In this document: one piece after another, positions 49,611 to 60,046 of the stretch
Numbering within the stretch: position 1 is the first letter of the stretch
How the letters are laid out: the number at the start of each line of letters is the position of its first letter
From: Nitrospirota bacterium
GTDB taxonomy: Bacteria; Nitrospirota; Nitrospiria; Nitrospirales; Nitrospiraceae
Direction: 5' to 3'
NCBI GenBank assembly: GCA_963701855.1
Contig: CAVPBK010000009.1
Location: 384,001 to 448,000 of the forward strand
Length of the DNA stretch: 64,000 bases
Notes under the pieces: generated by a model
What the model saw: the letters and a program-made list of their open reading frames with translations, nothing else
Databases searched by the model: none
Told to the model about the DNA's origin: nothing
Program-made: the position numbers and the translations under genes

Positions 49611-50897
49611 GTGAACACACTGACGACTCGCCCCTCACGGATCCGCTGGCTCATCCTCACCCTGCTGTTTCTCATCAGCGTCGTCACCTATATCGACCGC
49701 GTCAATATTTCCGTGACCGCGCGGCAGATGATGCCGGCCTATGGGATGACCGATCAACAGATGGGCTGGGTATTCTCGGCCTTCGTCGCCGGCTACGCCC
49801 TGTTTCAAATTCCCGGTGGATGGCTGGCCGATCGCTGGGGAGTCCGTGTGGTGCTCACCATTGCACTCCTCTGGTGGTCGATCTGTACAGCCTTCACTGC
49901 CATGGTGGCTGCCACGTCGCTCGCGAGCCTCTTCGGGGTTGTCGGCGCGCTGATGCTCGTGCGGTTTTCTCTGGGTGTGGGAGAAGCCGTGGCGCTGCCT
50001 GCCTTCAATCGCGCCGTCACCAACTGGTTACCGGCTGATAGGCGCGGCCTCGGCATCGGGCTCGCGATCGGAGGCATCGGGCTAGGTTCCGCCATGACTC
50101 CGCCCATTGCCGCATGGGTGATGGTGAACTGGGGATGGCCGACCGTGTTCTATCTTGCCAGCTTGCTTGGAATCGGAATGGCTCTCGTCTGGTGGCTCCT
50201 CTCGCGCAACCACCCGCACCAACATCCATGGGTGAATGCGGGTGAACAGGCCCTGCTCAAACATGAACCGGCCACGACCACAGCCGTGCCCTGGCGAACG
50301 TTCAGTCAGACCCCCACCATCTGGTGGCTGGTGATCAGCTACAGTTGCCTCGGCTATGTCGCCTACGTCTATCTGTCCTGGTTCTACTTATATCTCGTAA
50401 ATGTTCGAGGATTCGATGTGCTTCGCGGCGGATTCTATGCCTCAGCTCCCTTTCTGGCCATGTTGGTATTTTGTCCTCTGGGCGGCTGGGTGACGGATCG
50501 ACTCGCGACCCGCTACGGTCTCACTACCGGGCGGGCTGTAGCCGGCATGGCCGGCATGGTCCTGGCCGGGCTCTCGATTGCGCTAGGTGGCGCCGTCGAC
50601 TCTCCCTTTTGGGCGATCGCCAGTCTGTCATTCGGCGCTGGCTGGCTCTATTTTACGGTCGGCGCCTACTGGGCCTCTACGACCGATCTGTCAAAAACCC
50701 ATGCAGGGACACTGTCAGGGCTCATGAATACCGGCGCCAATATCGGCGGGGCCATCTCACCGACCCTGACGCCATGGCTGGCCCATCAGTGGGGCTGGCC
50801 GGTCTCGTTAGGCGTGGCCGCAGCCGTAGCCATCGTGGGCGGAGTCTTGTGGATCAAAATCGATACAGGAAAGGGATTGGAACAAGAAAAGTGCTGA
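49611..50897 (+). CDS. MFS transporter, anion:cation symporter-like
   Basis: YIDRVNISV, QIPGGWLADRWG and GEAVALPA motifs; about 12 TM segments. Confidence 0.92.
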   Translation: MNTLTTRPSRIRWLILTLLFLISVVTYIDRVNISVTARQMMPAYGMTDQQMGWVFSAFVAGYALFQIPGGWLADRWGVRVVLTIALLWWSICTAFTAMVAATSLASLFGVVGALMLVRFSLGVGEAVALPAFNRAVTNWLPADRRGLGIGLAIGGIGLGSAMTPPIAAWVMVNWGWPTVFYLASLLGIGMALVWWLLSRNHPHQHPWVNAGEQALLKHEPATTTAVPWRTFSQTPTIWWLVISYSCLGYVAYVYLSWFYLYLVNVRGFDVLRGGFYASAPFLAMLVFCPLGGWVTDRLATRYGLTTGRAVAGMAGMVLAGLSIALGGAVDSPFWAIASLSFGAGWLYFTVGAYWASTTDLSKTHAGTLSGLMNTGANIGGAISPTLTPWLAHQWGWPVSLGVAAAVAIVGGVLWIKIDTGKGLEQEKC

Positions 50898-50992
50898 GTT
50901 GGTAGAACATTTTACTGCGACTCCCGATCGTATACACTCAGCACTTTTCTGAGGCCTTGCCTCCCAGGCTGCGTCCTTGCTAGTTTGGTCGT

Positions 50993-51514
50993 ATGACTAT
51001 GCAATTTCAAAAAATCGATCCGCGCGTGACCATTACGACACCCTTCGGAGAAATCAAGATTCGGTTCTACCCGGACGACGCGCCACGTCATGTCGAGAAC
51101 TTTCTCAAGCTTGCCAAGATGGGGTTCTATCATGGCACCACCTTCCATCGCGTCGTTCCCGGATTCATCATTCAGGGCGGCGACCCGTTGAGCAAGGACT
51201 CCGACCGTTCCCTGCATGGGTCTGGTAGCCCCGGCTACTGGTTGGTACCGGAAACCAGTGACCGTCCGCATAAACGGGGCGCCATCGCAATGGCCAAGGT
51301 GCCACGGGAGAGCAACAGCACAAGGGACCCCAACGATAACGGCTCGCAATTCTATATCTGTGTCGCGGACTGCAGCGGACTAGACCGAACCTACACCGTC
51401 TTCGGCGAAGTCTTTCGAGGCATGGAGGTGGTGGACAAAATCGTCGCTGCCCCACGCGATGAATTTGACAATCCCCTGAAGCCGATCCCCATGACCGTGA
51501 CGGTCAAAGAGTAA
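50993..51514 (+). CDS. Cyclophilin-type peptidyl-prolyl isomerase
   Basis: FYHGTTFHRVVPGFIIQGGDP, GSQFYI and YTVFGEV motifs. Confidence 0.95.
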   Translation: MTMQFQKIDPRVTITTPFGEIKIRFYPDDAPRHVENFLKLAKMGFYHGTTFHRVVPGFIIQGGDPLSKDSDRSLHGSGSPGYWLVPETSDRPHKRGAIAMAKVPRESNSTRDPNDNGSQFYICVADCSGLDRTYTVFGEVFRGMEVVDKIVAAPRDEFDNPLKPIPMTVTVKE

Positions 51515-51557
51515 CGCCCCCTGGCCTAGCTTTTGTTTGACTTGGCCAATTCAAGTT

Positions 51558-51606
51558 ACGATTGTTTACTTGATACAGGGTACAGGTGTGTCAAGTAAAC
51601 AGTCGT
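51558..51606. terminator. Long hairpin between convergent genes (bidirectional terminator candidate)
   Basis: ACGATTGTTTACTTGATACA / TGTGTCAAGTAAACAGTCGT, a 20-bp stem with G-U pairs. Confidence 0.65.
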
Positions 51607-51627
51607 GAAAATCAATCACTTGCTGGC

Positions 51628-52149
51628 TCAATCTTTGTCTGAGTTTGTGCTCTCTCGTAATTTTTGTAGTGCGTTGAGGATTTCAGCTGGCCGAGGCGGA
51701 CAGCCGGGAATACGGACATCGACAGGAATGTGTCGCGCCACTGGGCCAGTCACGGCATAGCTGCCTTTAAACATGCCGCAGTCGATCGCACAGTCGCCGA
51801 GCGCGATGACAATCTTCGGGTCCGGCGTTTGTTTATATACGTCTTTCAATGCTCTTTCCATGTTAACGGTGACCGGTCCCGTAACCACCAACGCGTCCGC
51901 ATGGCGCGGCGACGCTGCGATGTGTATGCCGAACCGCTCGATGTCATAAACCGGGTTCGCCAGCGCATTCATTTCCATCTCACACGCATTACAGGAGCCG
52001 GTATCCACCGCGCGAAACGCCAGCGAGGAACGGAACGGCTTGGCTTTGTCTCTCGCCTCCGATGTCGGCGCATCCACAGTCGGTGCGGCTGCGGGATGCT
52101 GGCCTGTTACAACTCCTGCTCTCAGGCTCTTTTTGAGGATACGAAACAT
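51628..52149 (-). CDS. hyfI: Ehr/hydrogenase-4 small subunit (NuoB-like, Fe-S)
   Basis: GSCNACEME, SPRHAD, GDC and PGCPP motifs. Confidence 0.88.
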   Translation of the reverse strand: MFRILKKSLRAGVVTGQHPAAAPTVDAPTSEARDKAKPFRSSLAFRAVDTGSCNACEMEMNALANPVYDIERFGIHIAASPRHADALVVTGPVTVNMERALKDVYKQTPDPKIVIALGDCAIDCGMFKGSYAVTGPVARHIPVDVRIPGCPPRPAEILNALQKLRESTNSDKD

Positions 52150-52239
52150 GGGTCCTCCTCTCTTTGCAGGCACGAGGCGAGAGGCTATGGGTTATCCTTC
52201 TCTGTCCCTGGCCTCCAGCCTCTGACCTTTTACCTTCTC

Positions 52240-53832
52240 TTACAAATCATTCCCCGCATAGGACAGATTAAAGCTTTTGTTGATGAGCGGGAAGTCCGGA
52301 ATGATATTTCCGAGCACGGTCTGTTGGATCGCAGGCCAATTCGCGAACGAGGGGTCACGGACTTTACAGCGATGAATGGTCCCGTTCTCTCCCGCCATCA
52401 CCATGTACAGAATTTCACCACGCCAGCCTTCGACGGCTGACAAGGCCCATTCACGAGCTTGTGCCCTGCGACTGGATTCGACGGCGACAGGCCCCTGCGG
52501 AATCTTCAAACGAATCTCTCTGACTAGCCGCATGGACTCATGGATCTCATCCATGCGAACCCGCATCCGCGCCCGCACATCTCCATAGCGATAGTTCACC
52601 ACCTTGACGGGAAGCTCATCGTAGGCTGCAAACGGTCGATCGCGACGGAGGTCTTGATCAAGGCCCGACGCCCGTCCGACGACTCCCACTACCGCATGAT
52701 CCCAGGCCGTGCGTTCCGTCAGGACACCGGTGGTCTCCAGCCGGTCTGTTAGGGAGGCGTTGTGGGTGATGATCAATTCCAGCTCCGAGAAGTCCTTTTC
52801 GATCCGGTCCATTTCAGCAACAATCATGGTCAATTGTGCCGCTGTGAGATCGATTGCGACTCCACCAACCCGGTTGACTCCACGAAGAAATCGTGAGCCT
52901 GTCAGCTTGTCGTTGAGCTGCATGACCTGCTCTTTCATCCGGCCACAATGGGCATGGGGTAGTGCGTAGGCTGTATCGTTACAGATCGCGCCCACGTCGC
53001 CAATATGATTGTGGAGTCGCTCCAGTTCAAGAAACAGGCTCCGTAGATATCGTCCACGGCGTGACACCTCTAAATGGAGCAGCGCTTCGACCGCCTGGCA
53101 GTAAGCAAGACTATGGCCGACCGTCGTATCGCCGGATACTCGTTCGGCTAATGGAACCGCTGCGGTCAATGTTTGCTGCTCGAACAGCTTCTCGACTCCG
53201 CGATGTGTCCAGAAATGATGCAGCTCAAGTTGCATGATGGGTTCACCAGCCACGGAAAATCGAAAATGGCCCGGCTCGATGATACCGGCGTGGATTGGGC
53301 CCACCGGTACTTCAAACACTCCTTCCCCTTCAATGCGGCGGAAATGGTGTTCGCCTTGCTGACGACCCAGGACGCGGTTCCAAGGGAAATCCTTCTTGAG
53401 GGGGTGTGTCCCTTTTGGCCAGTGTTCGTGCCGAATCAGGCGTCGCAAGTCCGGATGTCCCTGCGGAATCATTCCAAACATGTCGCGAATCTCTCGCTCG
53501 TACCACTTTGCGGCATGAATGTGCGGCGTGATGGAGGGGAACAGCCGATCTCCCTCCGCGAGCTCAGTGGACAACACCACCCAGCTTTGGGAAGCCCCCA
53601 GGGTGAACAGATAGTGCAATCCACAGGCTTCGCGAATAGGACGATTGTCGACAGCCCATAAGAGTGTCAACCGGCCATGCAAGCTCGGTTGGGTATGGAG
53701 GTGATGGGTGATCGCCGGCAAGAGATCCTTGGGGACCAGAAAATGAGAGAACTCTCCCTTCGCTGCCTCATCCTGCACGATAAGCGGGAAAGCGGCCTTA
53801 AGTTCTTTGTCATAGATCCTCGTTTCTGCCAT
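52240..53832 (-). CDS. hyfG: Ehr large subunit (NuoCD/HyfG-like) without Ni-Fe cysteines
   Basis: WYERE, GPIHAGIIEPGHFRF, HRGVEK and ELERLHNH motifs; ERVSGDTTVGH and NKSFNLSYAGNDL stand where the two CxxC motifs would be; start at 53832 behind GGAGG. Confidence 0.88.
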   Translation of the reverse strand: MAETRIYDKELKAAFPLIVQDEAAKGEFSHFLVPKDLLPAITHHLHTQPSLHGRLTLLWAVDNRPIREACGLHYLFTLGASQSWVVLSTELAEGDRLFPSITPHIHAAKWYEREIRDMFGMIPQGHPDLRRLIRHEHWPKGTHPLKKDFPWNRVLGRQQGEHHFRRIEGEGVFEVPVGPIHAGIIEPGHFRFSVAGEPIMQLELHHFWTHRGVEKLFEQQTLTAAVPLAERVSGDTTVGHSLAYCQAVEALLHLEVSRRGRYLRSLFLELERLHNHIGDVGAICNDTAYALPHAHCGRMKEQVMQLNDKLTGSRFLRGVNRVGGVAIDLTAAQLTMIVAEMDRIEKDFSELELIITHNASLTDRLETTGVLTERTAWDHAVVGVVGRASGLDQDLRRDRPFAAYDELPVKVVNYRYGDVRARMRVRMDEIHESMRLVREIRLKIPQGPVAVESSRRAQAREWALSAVEGWRGEILYMVMAGENGTIHRCKVRDPSFANWPAIQQTVLGNIIPDFPLINKSFNLSYAGNDL

Positions 53833-53846
53833 AGCACTCGTCCCTC

Positions 53847-55403
53847 CTAATGAAGCAAGAGTATTTTGGTCGCCTGTTCCAGCAGTTGCCGTAAGAACTG
53901 AGGGATGAAGAAACCAAATCCCACCAGCGCCGCGGCGAAAACAATCATAGGTAGGTGACCTAACGTCAAGCTTTCTCCTCGAACGATACCTTCTGGGGGG
54001 ATCCCCCAGACCATGCCGGTGATGCGATAGAGCAAGCCGCTGGACGCTACAATCGCACAAAGCAGAAACAGCCCGGTGAGGCCCAGGCTGCTAAACTGAC
54101 CCGACGAGGCAAGAGCCACCATGCCATTGCTATTAGTCAACCATTGTCCCGGAGCCCCTTCCGCAGACAGGGCCAAGACCACTTGCATTTCGCTGACAAA
54201 TGACACGAAAGGGGGAAGGGCTGACAAGGCCAGCCCCGCAATCATCAATGCCATGGCCGTCCAGGGCTGCGCGATAGCCAGCCCCTGCACCTGACCTATC
54301 TCCACCGTGTGAAAGCGACGATGAATGTCGCCCGCGGCAAAAAACGCCATCGATTTGGCAAAGGCATGGTTCAGCAGATGCAACAGCCCGCCGAAAGTAC
54401 CCAGCGGTCCTCCAACCCCGAATCCGATCATGGCGATCCCCATATGCTCGATACTGGAGTAGGCGAACAGCCGTTTATAGTTGTGCTGGATAAGGATGAA
54501 AAACGCTGCCGTGACAAACGAGGCAAACCCGAGCAATGTCAGCAACCCACCGGTGAAGGCAGGCGAAAGGGCGTGGTCGACAATCATCCTCATGCGGAGG
54601 ATCGCATAGACCGCCACAATTTCGAGGACACCCGCGAGCATGGCCACCACCGGCGCCGGCGCCTCAGTGTAAGCATCTGGCAGCCAGCTGTGCATGGGCA
54701 CGAGCCCCACTTTGGTGCCATAGCCCACCAAAATAAAGATGAAGGCCAACTTCAGCACATGCGGATTCAACCGGTCGGCTACGGGCAGTAACTGCGTCAC
54801 GTTCAAGGCCTCGCTGGCATCACCCAGCACATGCAGCGATGAATAATAGGTAAGCACCACGCCGAAGAGTGCAAGAGAAATCCCGACCGAACACAAGATG
54901 AGATACTTCCACCCGGCCTCCAAGGATTCTCGTCGTCGCCAGAAGGCAATCAGGAAAGTCGTGGTGAGCGTCGTCGCCTCGATGGCTACCCATTGCACTC
55001 CGACACTGTTGGCAATGGTCGCAATCACCATCGCCAGCAAGAACATGTGAAAGAGAAAAAAGAACACGTTGAGTCGTCCGGGCGCGATCACGCCTCGCGC
55101 GACCTGCTCATCCATATAGGAACGCATGTAAAGCGAACAGGCCAGTCCGACTGCCCCGATGATGAAGAGGATGAAGGCCGACAAGGCGTCGAGATAGACT
55201 AACTGTCCCAAAGCCGTGAATGGACCGTCTGTCAGCACAGTCCGAGTAATCATGATTTCTGAGGCCACGAGCAGGCTTATACTCGTGAGGTTGATCGCAT
55301 GGAGCAGTGCGGACCGATGAATGATCAAGCTCAGCCCCCCCGCGAGGAGCGGGGCGATCAACAAAACAACCACTTCGATCATTGTCATGAACCCTTCACT
55401 CAT
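53847..55403 (-). CDS. hyfF: Antiporter-like membrane subunit HyfF
   Basis: WVAIEATT, EAGWKY, GTKVGLVPMHSWLPDA and KRLFAYSSIEHMG motifs. Confidence 0.9.
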   Translation of the reverse strand: MSEGFMTMIEVVVLLIAPLLAGGLSLIIHRSALLHAINLTSISLLVASEIMITRTVLTDGPFTALGQLVYLDALSAFILFIIGAVGLACSLYMRSYMDEQVARGVIAPGRLNVFFFLFHMFLLAMVIATIANSVGVQWVAIEATTLTTTFLIAFWRRRESLEAGWKYLILCSVGISLALFGVVLTYYSSLHVLGDASEALNVTQLLPVADRLNPHVLKLAFIFILVGYGTKVGLVPMHSWLPDAYTEAPAPVVAMLAGVLEIVAVYAILRMRMIVDHALSPAFTGGLLTLLGFASFVTAAFFILIQHNYKRLFAYSSIEHMGIAMIGFGVGGPLGTFGGLLHLLNHAFAKSMAFFAAGDIHRRFHTVEIGQVQGLAIAQPWTAMALMIAGLALSALPPFVSFVSEMQVVLALSAEGAPGQWLTNSNGMVALASSGQFSSLGLTGLFLLCAIVASSGLLYRITGMVWGIPPEGIVRGESLTLGHLPMIVFAAALVGFGFFIPQFLRQLLEQATKILLLH

Positions 55404-56065
55404 TCCTTCAACACGGTGAGGTGGCTTGTATCCACGCTGTCGAACGCGTCTTGTAAGCGATTCGTATAGATCCCCGCGATCAACACCGCGATGAGCACGT
55501 CGAAGAACACCCCCAGTTCGACGATCAAGGGCATCCCGTAGGTGGCGGCCGTAGCCCCCAAGAACAAGCCGTTTTCCATGACCAGAAAGCCCACCAGCTG
55601 CGACACAGCCTTTTGTCTCGCAATCATCGTGAACAAGCCGATGAGCACGATCGCGAAGGCGATGGCCAGAGAATCACGGGTGAGCAGAAAACCAAGCGGA
55701 AGAATGGGTTGCGTAATAAAGAAGGCCAGCATGACGAGGGCGCCGCAGATCAGCAAGCCGGCCGGTACGTTGATGTTCATGACCAATTCTCGCTTGACGT
55801 TGAGACGTTCAATGACCTTTTTCAAGACCCGCGGGATGATGATCACTTTAATCAGGCAGGTCAGCCCAGCCGCAATGTAGATATGGTGGTTCCCAGTCAG
55901 AAACGCCACCAGGGCTGCCGTTAAGACGAGAAAGGCCGACTGCAGTGCAAACAAGTCGACACAGGCGGAGAGCCGCCGCTGCGCCACGATGGCGAAGCAG
56001 GTTAACAGGAGTAACGCCGAGCACAAGTCGACGAGTTGCGATCCAATATGAGAAGAAATCTGCAT
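55400..56065 (-). CDS. hyfE: Membrane subunit HyfE
   Basis: MENGLFL and MPLIVELGVFFD motifs. Confidence 0.9.
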   Translation of the reverse strand: MQISSHIGSQLVDLCSALLLLTCFAIVAQRRLSACVDLFALQSAFLVLTAALVAFLTGNHHIYIAAGLTCLIKVIIIPRVLKKVIERLNVKRELVMNINVPAGLLICGALVMLAFFITQPILPLGFLLTRDSLAIAFAIVLIGLFTMIARQKAVSQLVGFLVMENGLFLGATAATYGMPLIVELGVFFDVLIAVLIAGIYTNRLQDAFDSVDTSHLTVLKE

Positions 56066-56069
56066 CTGT

Positions 56070-57020
56070 TCAGCTCCGAAGAATATAAAAGAACAGCAGT
56101 CCGAGTAACGCCAGGATAAAGGCGACGCCCAGGAGTTCCGTCACGCGGAACAACCGCAATTTTGCGAACATAGACTCCAGGATCCCGATCAACACCGCAA
56201 GCCCTGAGACCTTCAATAGGTAAGCTAATACCCCGATCCCCATCGCGGTGGGCGCCAGCGTAGTCGCAATTCCCCAGGGTGCGAAGACGTTGGCGATCAG
56301 AGAGAGAAACACGGCCAACTTCAGGCCGGCTGCCCATTCGATTAGAGCGAGATAGCGACCCGAGTATTCCAGGACCATCGCCTCATGGATCATTGTCAGT
56401 TCAAGATGCGTCGCTGGATTATCGACCGGTACCCGCCCAGTTTCAGCCAGCGCCACGATTAAGAGAGCTGCCAATGCCATCAGATACGGCGATGGGTCCG
56501 TCGCGATCCCTTCCAACAGTGCGGTCTTATGGACAATGGTGCTCAGGTTGGTCGATCCCTTGGTCAACGCAATCGCAAAGATAGAGAGGATCATGGCTGG
56601 TTCGGTCAGGGAGGCAACGATGGCCTCGCGGCTGCTTCCCATCCCACCGAAGGCTGAACCGGCATCAAGGCCGGCCAACATCAGGAAAAATGTCCCCAGC
56701 GCCAGCAAATACACAACCGCAATAATGTTGCCGACAAAATCGAGCGGCGTAATAGACACAAAGATTGGGAGCAACAGTCCGGCGGCTAGCGTAGAAGCAA
56801 ACACAATGTATGGTGTCGCGGTGAAGATCCACGAGGTCGTGGTGGAGACGACTGGTTGTTTACGGAAGAGCTTGGCCAGGTCCGCATAGGGCTGAAAGAC
56901 ACTGGCGCCCTGCCGTAATTGCAAACGCGCCTTGACCTTCCTGATCAGTCCCACAAGGAACGGTGAGACCGTCAGCAAGACAATCGTTTGAGCAACAACG
57001 AGAATAATGGCTTGCAACAT
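56070..57020 (-). CDS. hyfC: NuoH-like membrane subunit HyfC
   Basis: RKVKARLQ.RQG, FGGMGSSRE and ETGRVPVDNPATHLELTMIHEAM motifs. Confidence 0.92.
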   Translation of the reverse strand: MLQAIILVVAQTIVLLTVSPFLVGLIRKVKARLQLRQGASVFQPYADLAKLFRKQPVVSTTTSWIFTATPYIVFASTLAAGLLLPIFVSITPLDFVGNIIAVVYLLALGTFFLMLAGLDAGSAFGGMGSSREAIVASLTEPAMILSIFAIALTKGSTNLSTIVHKTALLEGIATDPSPYLMALAALLIVALAETGRVPVDNPATHLELTMIHEAMVLEYSGRYLALIEWAAGLKLAVFLSLIANVFAPWGIATTLAPTAMGIGVLAYLLKVSGLAVLIGILESMFAKLRLFRVTELLGVAFILALLGLLFFYILRS

Positions 57021-57024
57021 CCGG

Positions 57025-59052
57025 TTACACCGCGAATAACAACAGGGCGATGAGTGTGACGAAGATATACGCCAAGTACAGGTGCAGACTTCCCCCCTGA
57101 ATGACTCTTAGCCGATCGGCCATGCCGATGAAGCATGCGACCACGGGATCGTAGAGATATTTCTGGAAGACCGGCTCAATATGGAATTCGAAGTGCCGAC
57201 GTTTGGCGAAGTACCGCGACTCTTCAAGCAACTCCGTCTCCAACTTCACCGTCGGCTGATAAATCGCGGCGAAGACTCGTTTGATCGGCTGAACAAAGCC
57301 AGTCGCGGTGTACTCCATTCGGGGCGTGAGGTTGATCCCGCAGCCCCAGGTCTTGTAATAGCGCTGTTTCACAAGACCACCGAATGCCGCTACGAGCCCA
57401 AGCCCGAGCATCGACAGCGCCACCAGCAGCAGAGCCAAGGCCGGCGTTGAGAGGCTGGAGAATTCCACATTCACCGGGGCCAGCGCCCAGCCATCCAGCG
57501 ACAGCACTTTTCCCTCGATCGACAGACCGGCAAATGGCGTGACCACACGGTCTAACATCGGAACGACGACCATGGGTGCAAGGCCGAGCAACACACAGAC
57601 CACTGCCAGCAGGCCCATCGCGATACGCATGGTAATTGGCACTTCCTCTGCCTGTCGCGCATGGGAACTCCGTGGGAGGGCTAAAAAAGAGACTCCGAAT
57701 GCCTTGGCGAAGCAGGTCAGTGCCAACACGCTGGTCAGGGCCAGCATTGCCGCAGCAAGCGGAAGCATGAATTTCAGCAAGACCGCTGGGAGGTGAAAAC
57801 TAAGGAAGAGACTTTGAAAGACCAGCCACTCGCTGACGAATCCGTTGGTGGGAGGCAAGGCAGAAATCGACACGGCTCCGATCAAAAAGAAGGCCCCGGT
57901 CCAAGGCATGCGTCGGAGCAGGCCACCATACTCCTCCATGTTGCGCGTGTGGGTGGCATAGAGCAGCGAGCCGGCGCCTAAGAACAGCAGCGCCTTGAAC
58001 ATGGCATGGTTGATCGTATGATAGAGCCCGGCCAGCAACCCCAAGGCGGCAAATTCTGTGAGGCCGTAGGTCTGAAAGATCATCCCGGCACCGATGCCCA
58101 ACAGGATGATGCCGATGTTCTCCACGCTGTGGTACGCGAGCAGACTTTTCAGATCATGCTCCATCAGCGCATACATCACGCCCAGCAAGGCTGACACCGC
58201 TCCGATAACCAGCACGATAAATCCCCACCACCAAGGGAATTGGCCCCCGAGGAAATCGAAGTACACTCGCACGAGCGCGTAGATGGCGGTTTTGATCATC
58301 ACGCCCGACATGAGGGCTGAAATATGCGACGGCGCCGAGGGGTGCGCGTAGGGCAGCCAGACGTGGAGCGGCACAATGCCTGCTTTGGTGCCGAACCCGA
58401 TCAGGGCCATCAGAAAAGCCAGGGTTCTCATCCCTTCGGGCAAAGGCTGCGCCGGATGCCGGAAGGCCTCGAACGAGAACGACCCACCTGCGTGGAAGAA
58501 GATCAAAAAGGCTAGGATGATAAACGCCGTTCCGAGATGTGTCATGACGAAGTAGAAAAACCCTGCATAACGCACCTCCGCCTTCTCGTGTTCCGTCACT
58601 ACGAGGAAATAGGACAGCAATGACATCAGTTCCCACACGATCAGGAAGAAGAACCCGTTGTCGGCAATGACCACGAGTGTCATTGAGAGAAGAAATCCGT
58701 TAAATAGCGCCCCAAGCGCTGCGATCGAGGCACGCCCATAAAATTTGGTTACGTAGCCGATCGCATAGATCGAAGCGGCCAAGCCAGCCACCGAGATGGT
58801 CAATACGAATAACGACGCTAAGGGATCGAGTCGGATTGCGAAGCTCAGAAAAGGAATGGTGGATTGTACTGAAGCGGTCCAGGGTTCCGGTGCGAAGAGG
58901 CCGGTCACTCCGAGCAAGATGCCTGCTCCACTGGCCAGACCGGCGGACCCATGCGCGAGGATGTTTTGTACTGCTGGCTTGGTGGGAAAGCACAGAGGGA
59001 GAAGCAGTCCGCCTATGTAACTTGCGAAAACTAGAAGAAACAGATTCTGCAT
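57025..59052 (-). CDS. hyfB: Antiporter-like membrane subunit HyfB
   Basis: WELMS, KAGIVPLHVWLPYAHP, AYHSVENIG, WGCG and RMEYTA motifs. Confidence 0.92.
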   Translation of the reverse strand: MQNLFLLVFASYIGGLLLPLCFPTKPAVQNILAHGSAGLASGAGILLGVTGLFAPEPWTASVQSTIPFLSFAIRLDPLASLFVLTISVAGLAASIYAIGYVTKFYGRASIAALGALFNGFLLSMTLVVIADNGFFFLIVWELMSLLSYFLVVTEHEKAEVRYAGFFYFVMTHLGTAFIILAFLIFFHAGGSFSFEAFRHPAQPLPEGMRTLAFLMALIGFGTKAGIVPLHVWLPYAHPSAPSHISALMSGVMIKTAIYALVRVYFDFLGGQFPWWWGFIVLVIGAVSALLGVMYALMEHDLKSLLAYHSVENIGIILLGIGAGMIFQTYGLTEFAALGLLAGLYHTINHAMFKALLFLGAGSLLYATHTRNMEEYGGLLRRMPWTGAFFLIGAVSISALPPTNGFVSEWLVFQSLFLSFHLPAVLLKFMLPLAAAMLALTSVLALTCFAKAFGVSFLALPRSSHARQAEEVPITMRIAMGLLAVVCVLLGLAPMVVVPMLDRVVTPFAGLSIEGKVLSLDGWALAPVNVEFSSLSTPALALLLVALSMLGLGLVAAFGGLVKQRYYKTWGCGINLTPRMEYTATGFVQPIKRVFAAIYQPTVKLETELLEESRYFAKRRHFEFHIEPVFQKYLYDPVVACFIGMADRLRVIQGGSLHLYLAYIFVTLIALLLFAV

Positions 59053-59067
59053 GTGCGTGTGGCTGGG

Positions 59068-60000
59068 CTACCGCTCCTGACGAATTAAGGTCGGCACGAG
59101 GTGGCTCAGGACATCGTCGGTGATACCAAACCGAGTATAATTAGTGTCCGACTTCTCGTTGGCGTACAGGCGACCGGTGGGAGTGGGGATTTTTATGTCC
59201 ACCGTCACTTGGCTCTTCGGCTGGATGATGATGGTCTGTTCCTTCATGCCGCTGAGGTACGGATGCCAGATCAACATCTTGTACGTGCCGGGAGGGATGT
59301 CGCCGATTTCAAATCGACCATCTTGGTCGGTCATCGCATAGTAGGGATTTTCCATCGCCAGCCCCCAACTCTCCATGTAGGCATGGACGCCGCATTGCAT
59401 GACGAATACCTTGCGTCCCTTCGTCAGGTTGACGAACTGCTTCATCGGTTCGCCGGCCTGGTGCTTGTGATACATTGCCGCGTCATCGCCCCGATCCTTG
59501 AGGTCTCGCGGATGGTGCGGATTTATCGGGAGCGGCACGTTGAAGAGCATGCGTGGGCCAAGCTGAGAGGTCTCATAGGCCTGAATATCATGCATGACCG
59601 GATCCATATTCACGACGACCACGTCACTCTTCTCGCGCATCACGGTCGTGAAGGGAAGGAACCGGCAATCCTTGGCTTCGATGTGCGGTGCCTGCTCGTG
59701 CAAGAATGATTTCCCTTTCTCGACATTTTCGAGATACACCACCACGTCACGGAACTGTCCGGCTTGACTCGCGTTGAAGGGCTGGAGCAATCTCCACCCC
59801 TGGCCGTCTGAAATCCGCCCGCAGTAGACTTGATCAGGAAGCGTGATCAGGTTGTAGCCCTTCGGCCTGGGAACCTGGCCTTCGAGGAAGAGGGTTCCAC
59901 TGAGGCTTCCGCCGTCCGTCACGGCAATTTCCTCATAAGCCCAAGCCGGCACTCCGAAGCCGATAGCGGCTAATATCGCTGCTGTAATTACAAGATGCAT
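59068..60000 (-). CDS. Periplasmic carboxypeptidase-regulatory-like / cupredoxin-like protein
   Basis: Signal peptide; DCRF.P, NMDPVMHD, QCGVHAYM and DIPPGTY..LIWH motifs; start at 60000 behind GGAGG. Confidence 0.75.
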   Translation of the reverse strand: MHLVITAAILAAIGFGVPAWAYEEIAVTDGGSLSGTLFLEGQVPRPKGYNLITLPDQVYCGRISDGQGWRLLQPFNASQAGQFRDVVVYLENVEKGKSFLHEQAPHIEAKDCRFLPFTTVMREKSDVVVVNMDPVMHDIQAYETSQLGPRMLFNVPLPINPHHPRDLKDRGDDAAMYHKHQAGEPMKQFVNLTKGRKVFVMQCGVHAYMESWGLAMENPYYAMTDQDGRFEIGDIPPGTYKMLIWHPYLSGMKEQTIIIQPKSQVTVDIKIPTPTGRLYANEKSDTNYTRFGITDDVLSHLVPTLIRQER

Positions 60001-60046
60001 TGGATCCTCCTTGTTTTCAATTAGAGCCGCGGCATGAGTTCTCTGT

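Noticed and set aside
52240..53832. Calling the hyf cluster a functional [NiFe] hydrogenase or formate hydrogenlyase
   Set aside because: Both Ni-binding CxxC motifs are absent, and no hyp or fdh genes are in the window.
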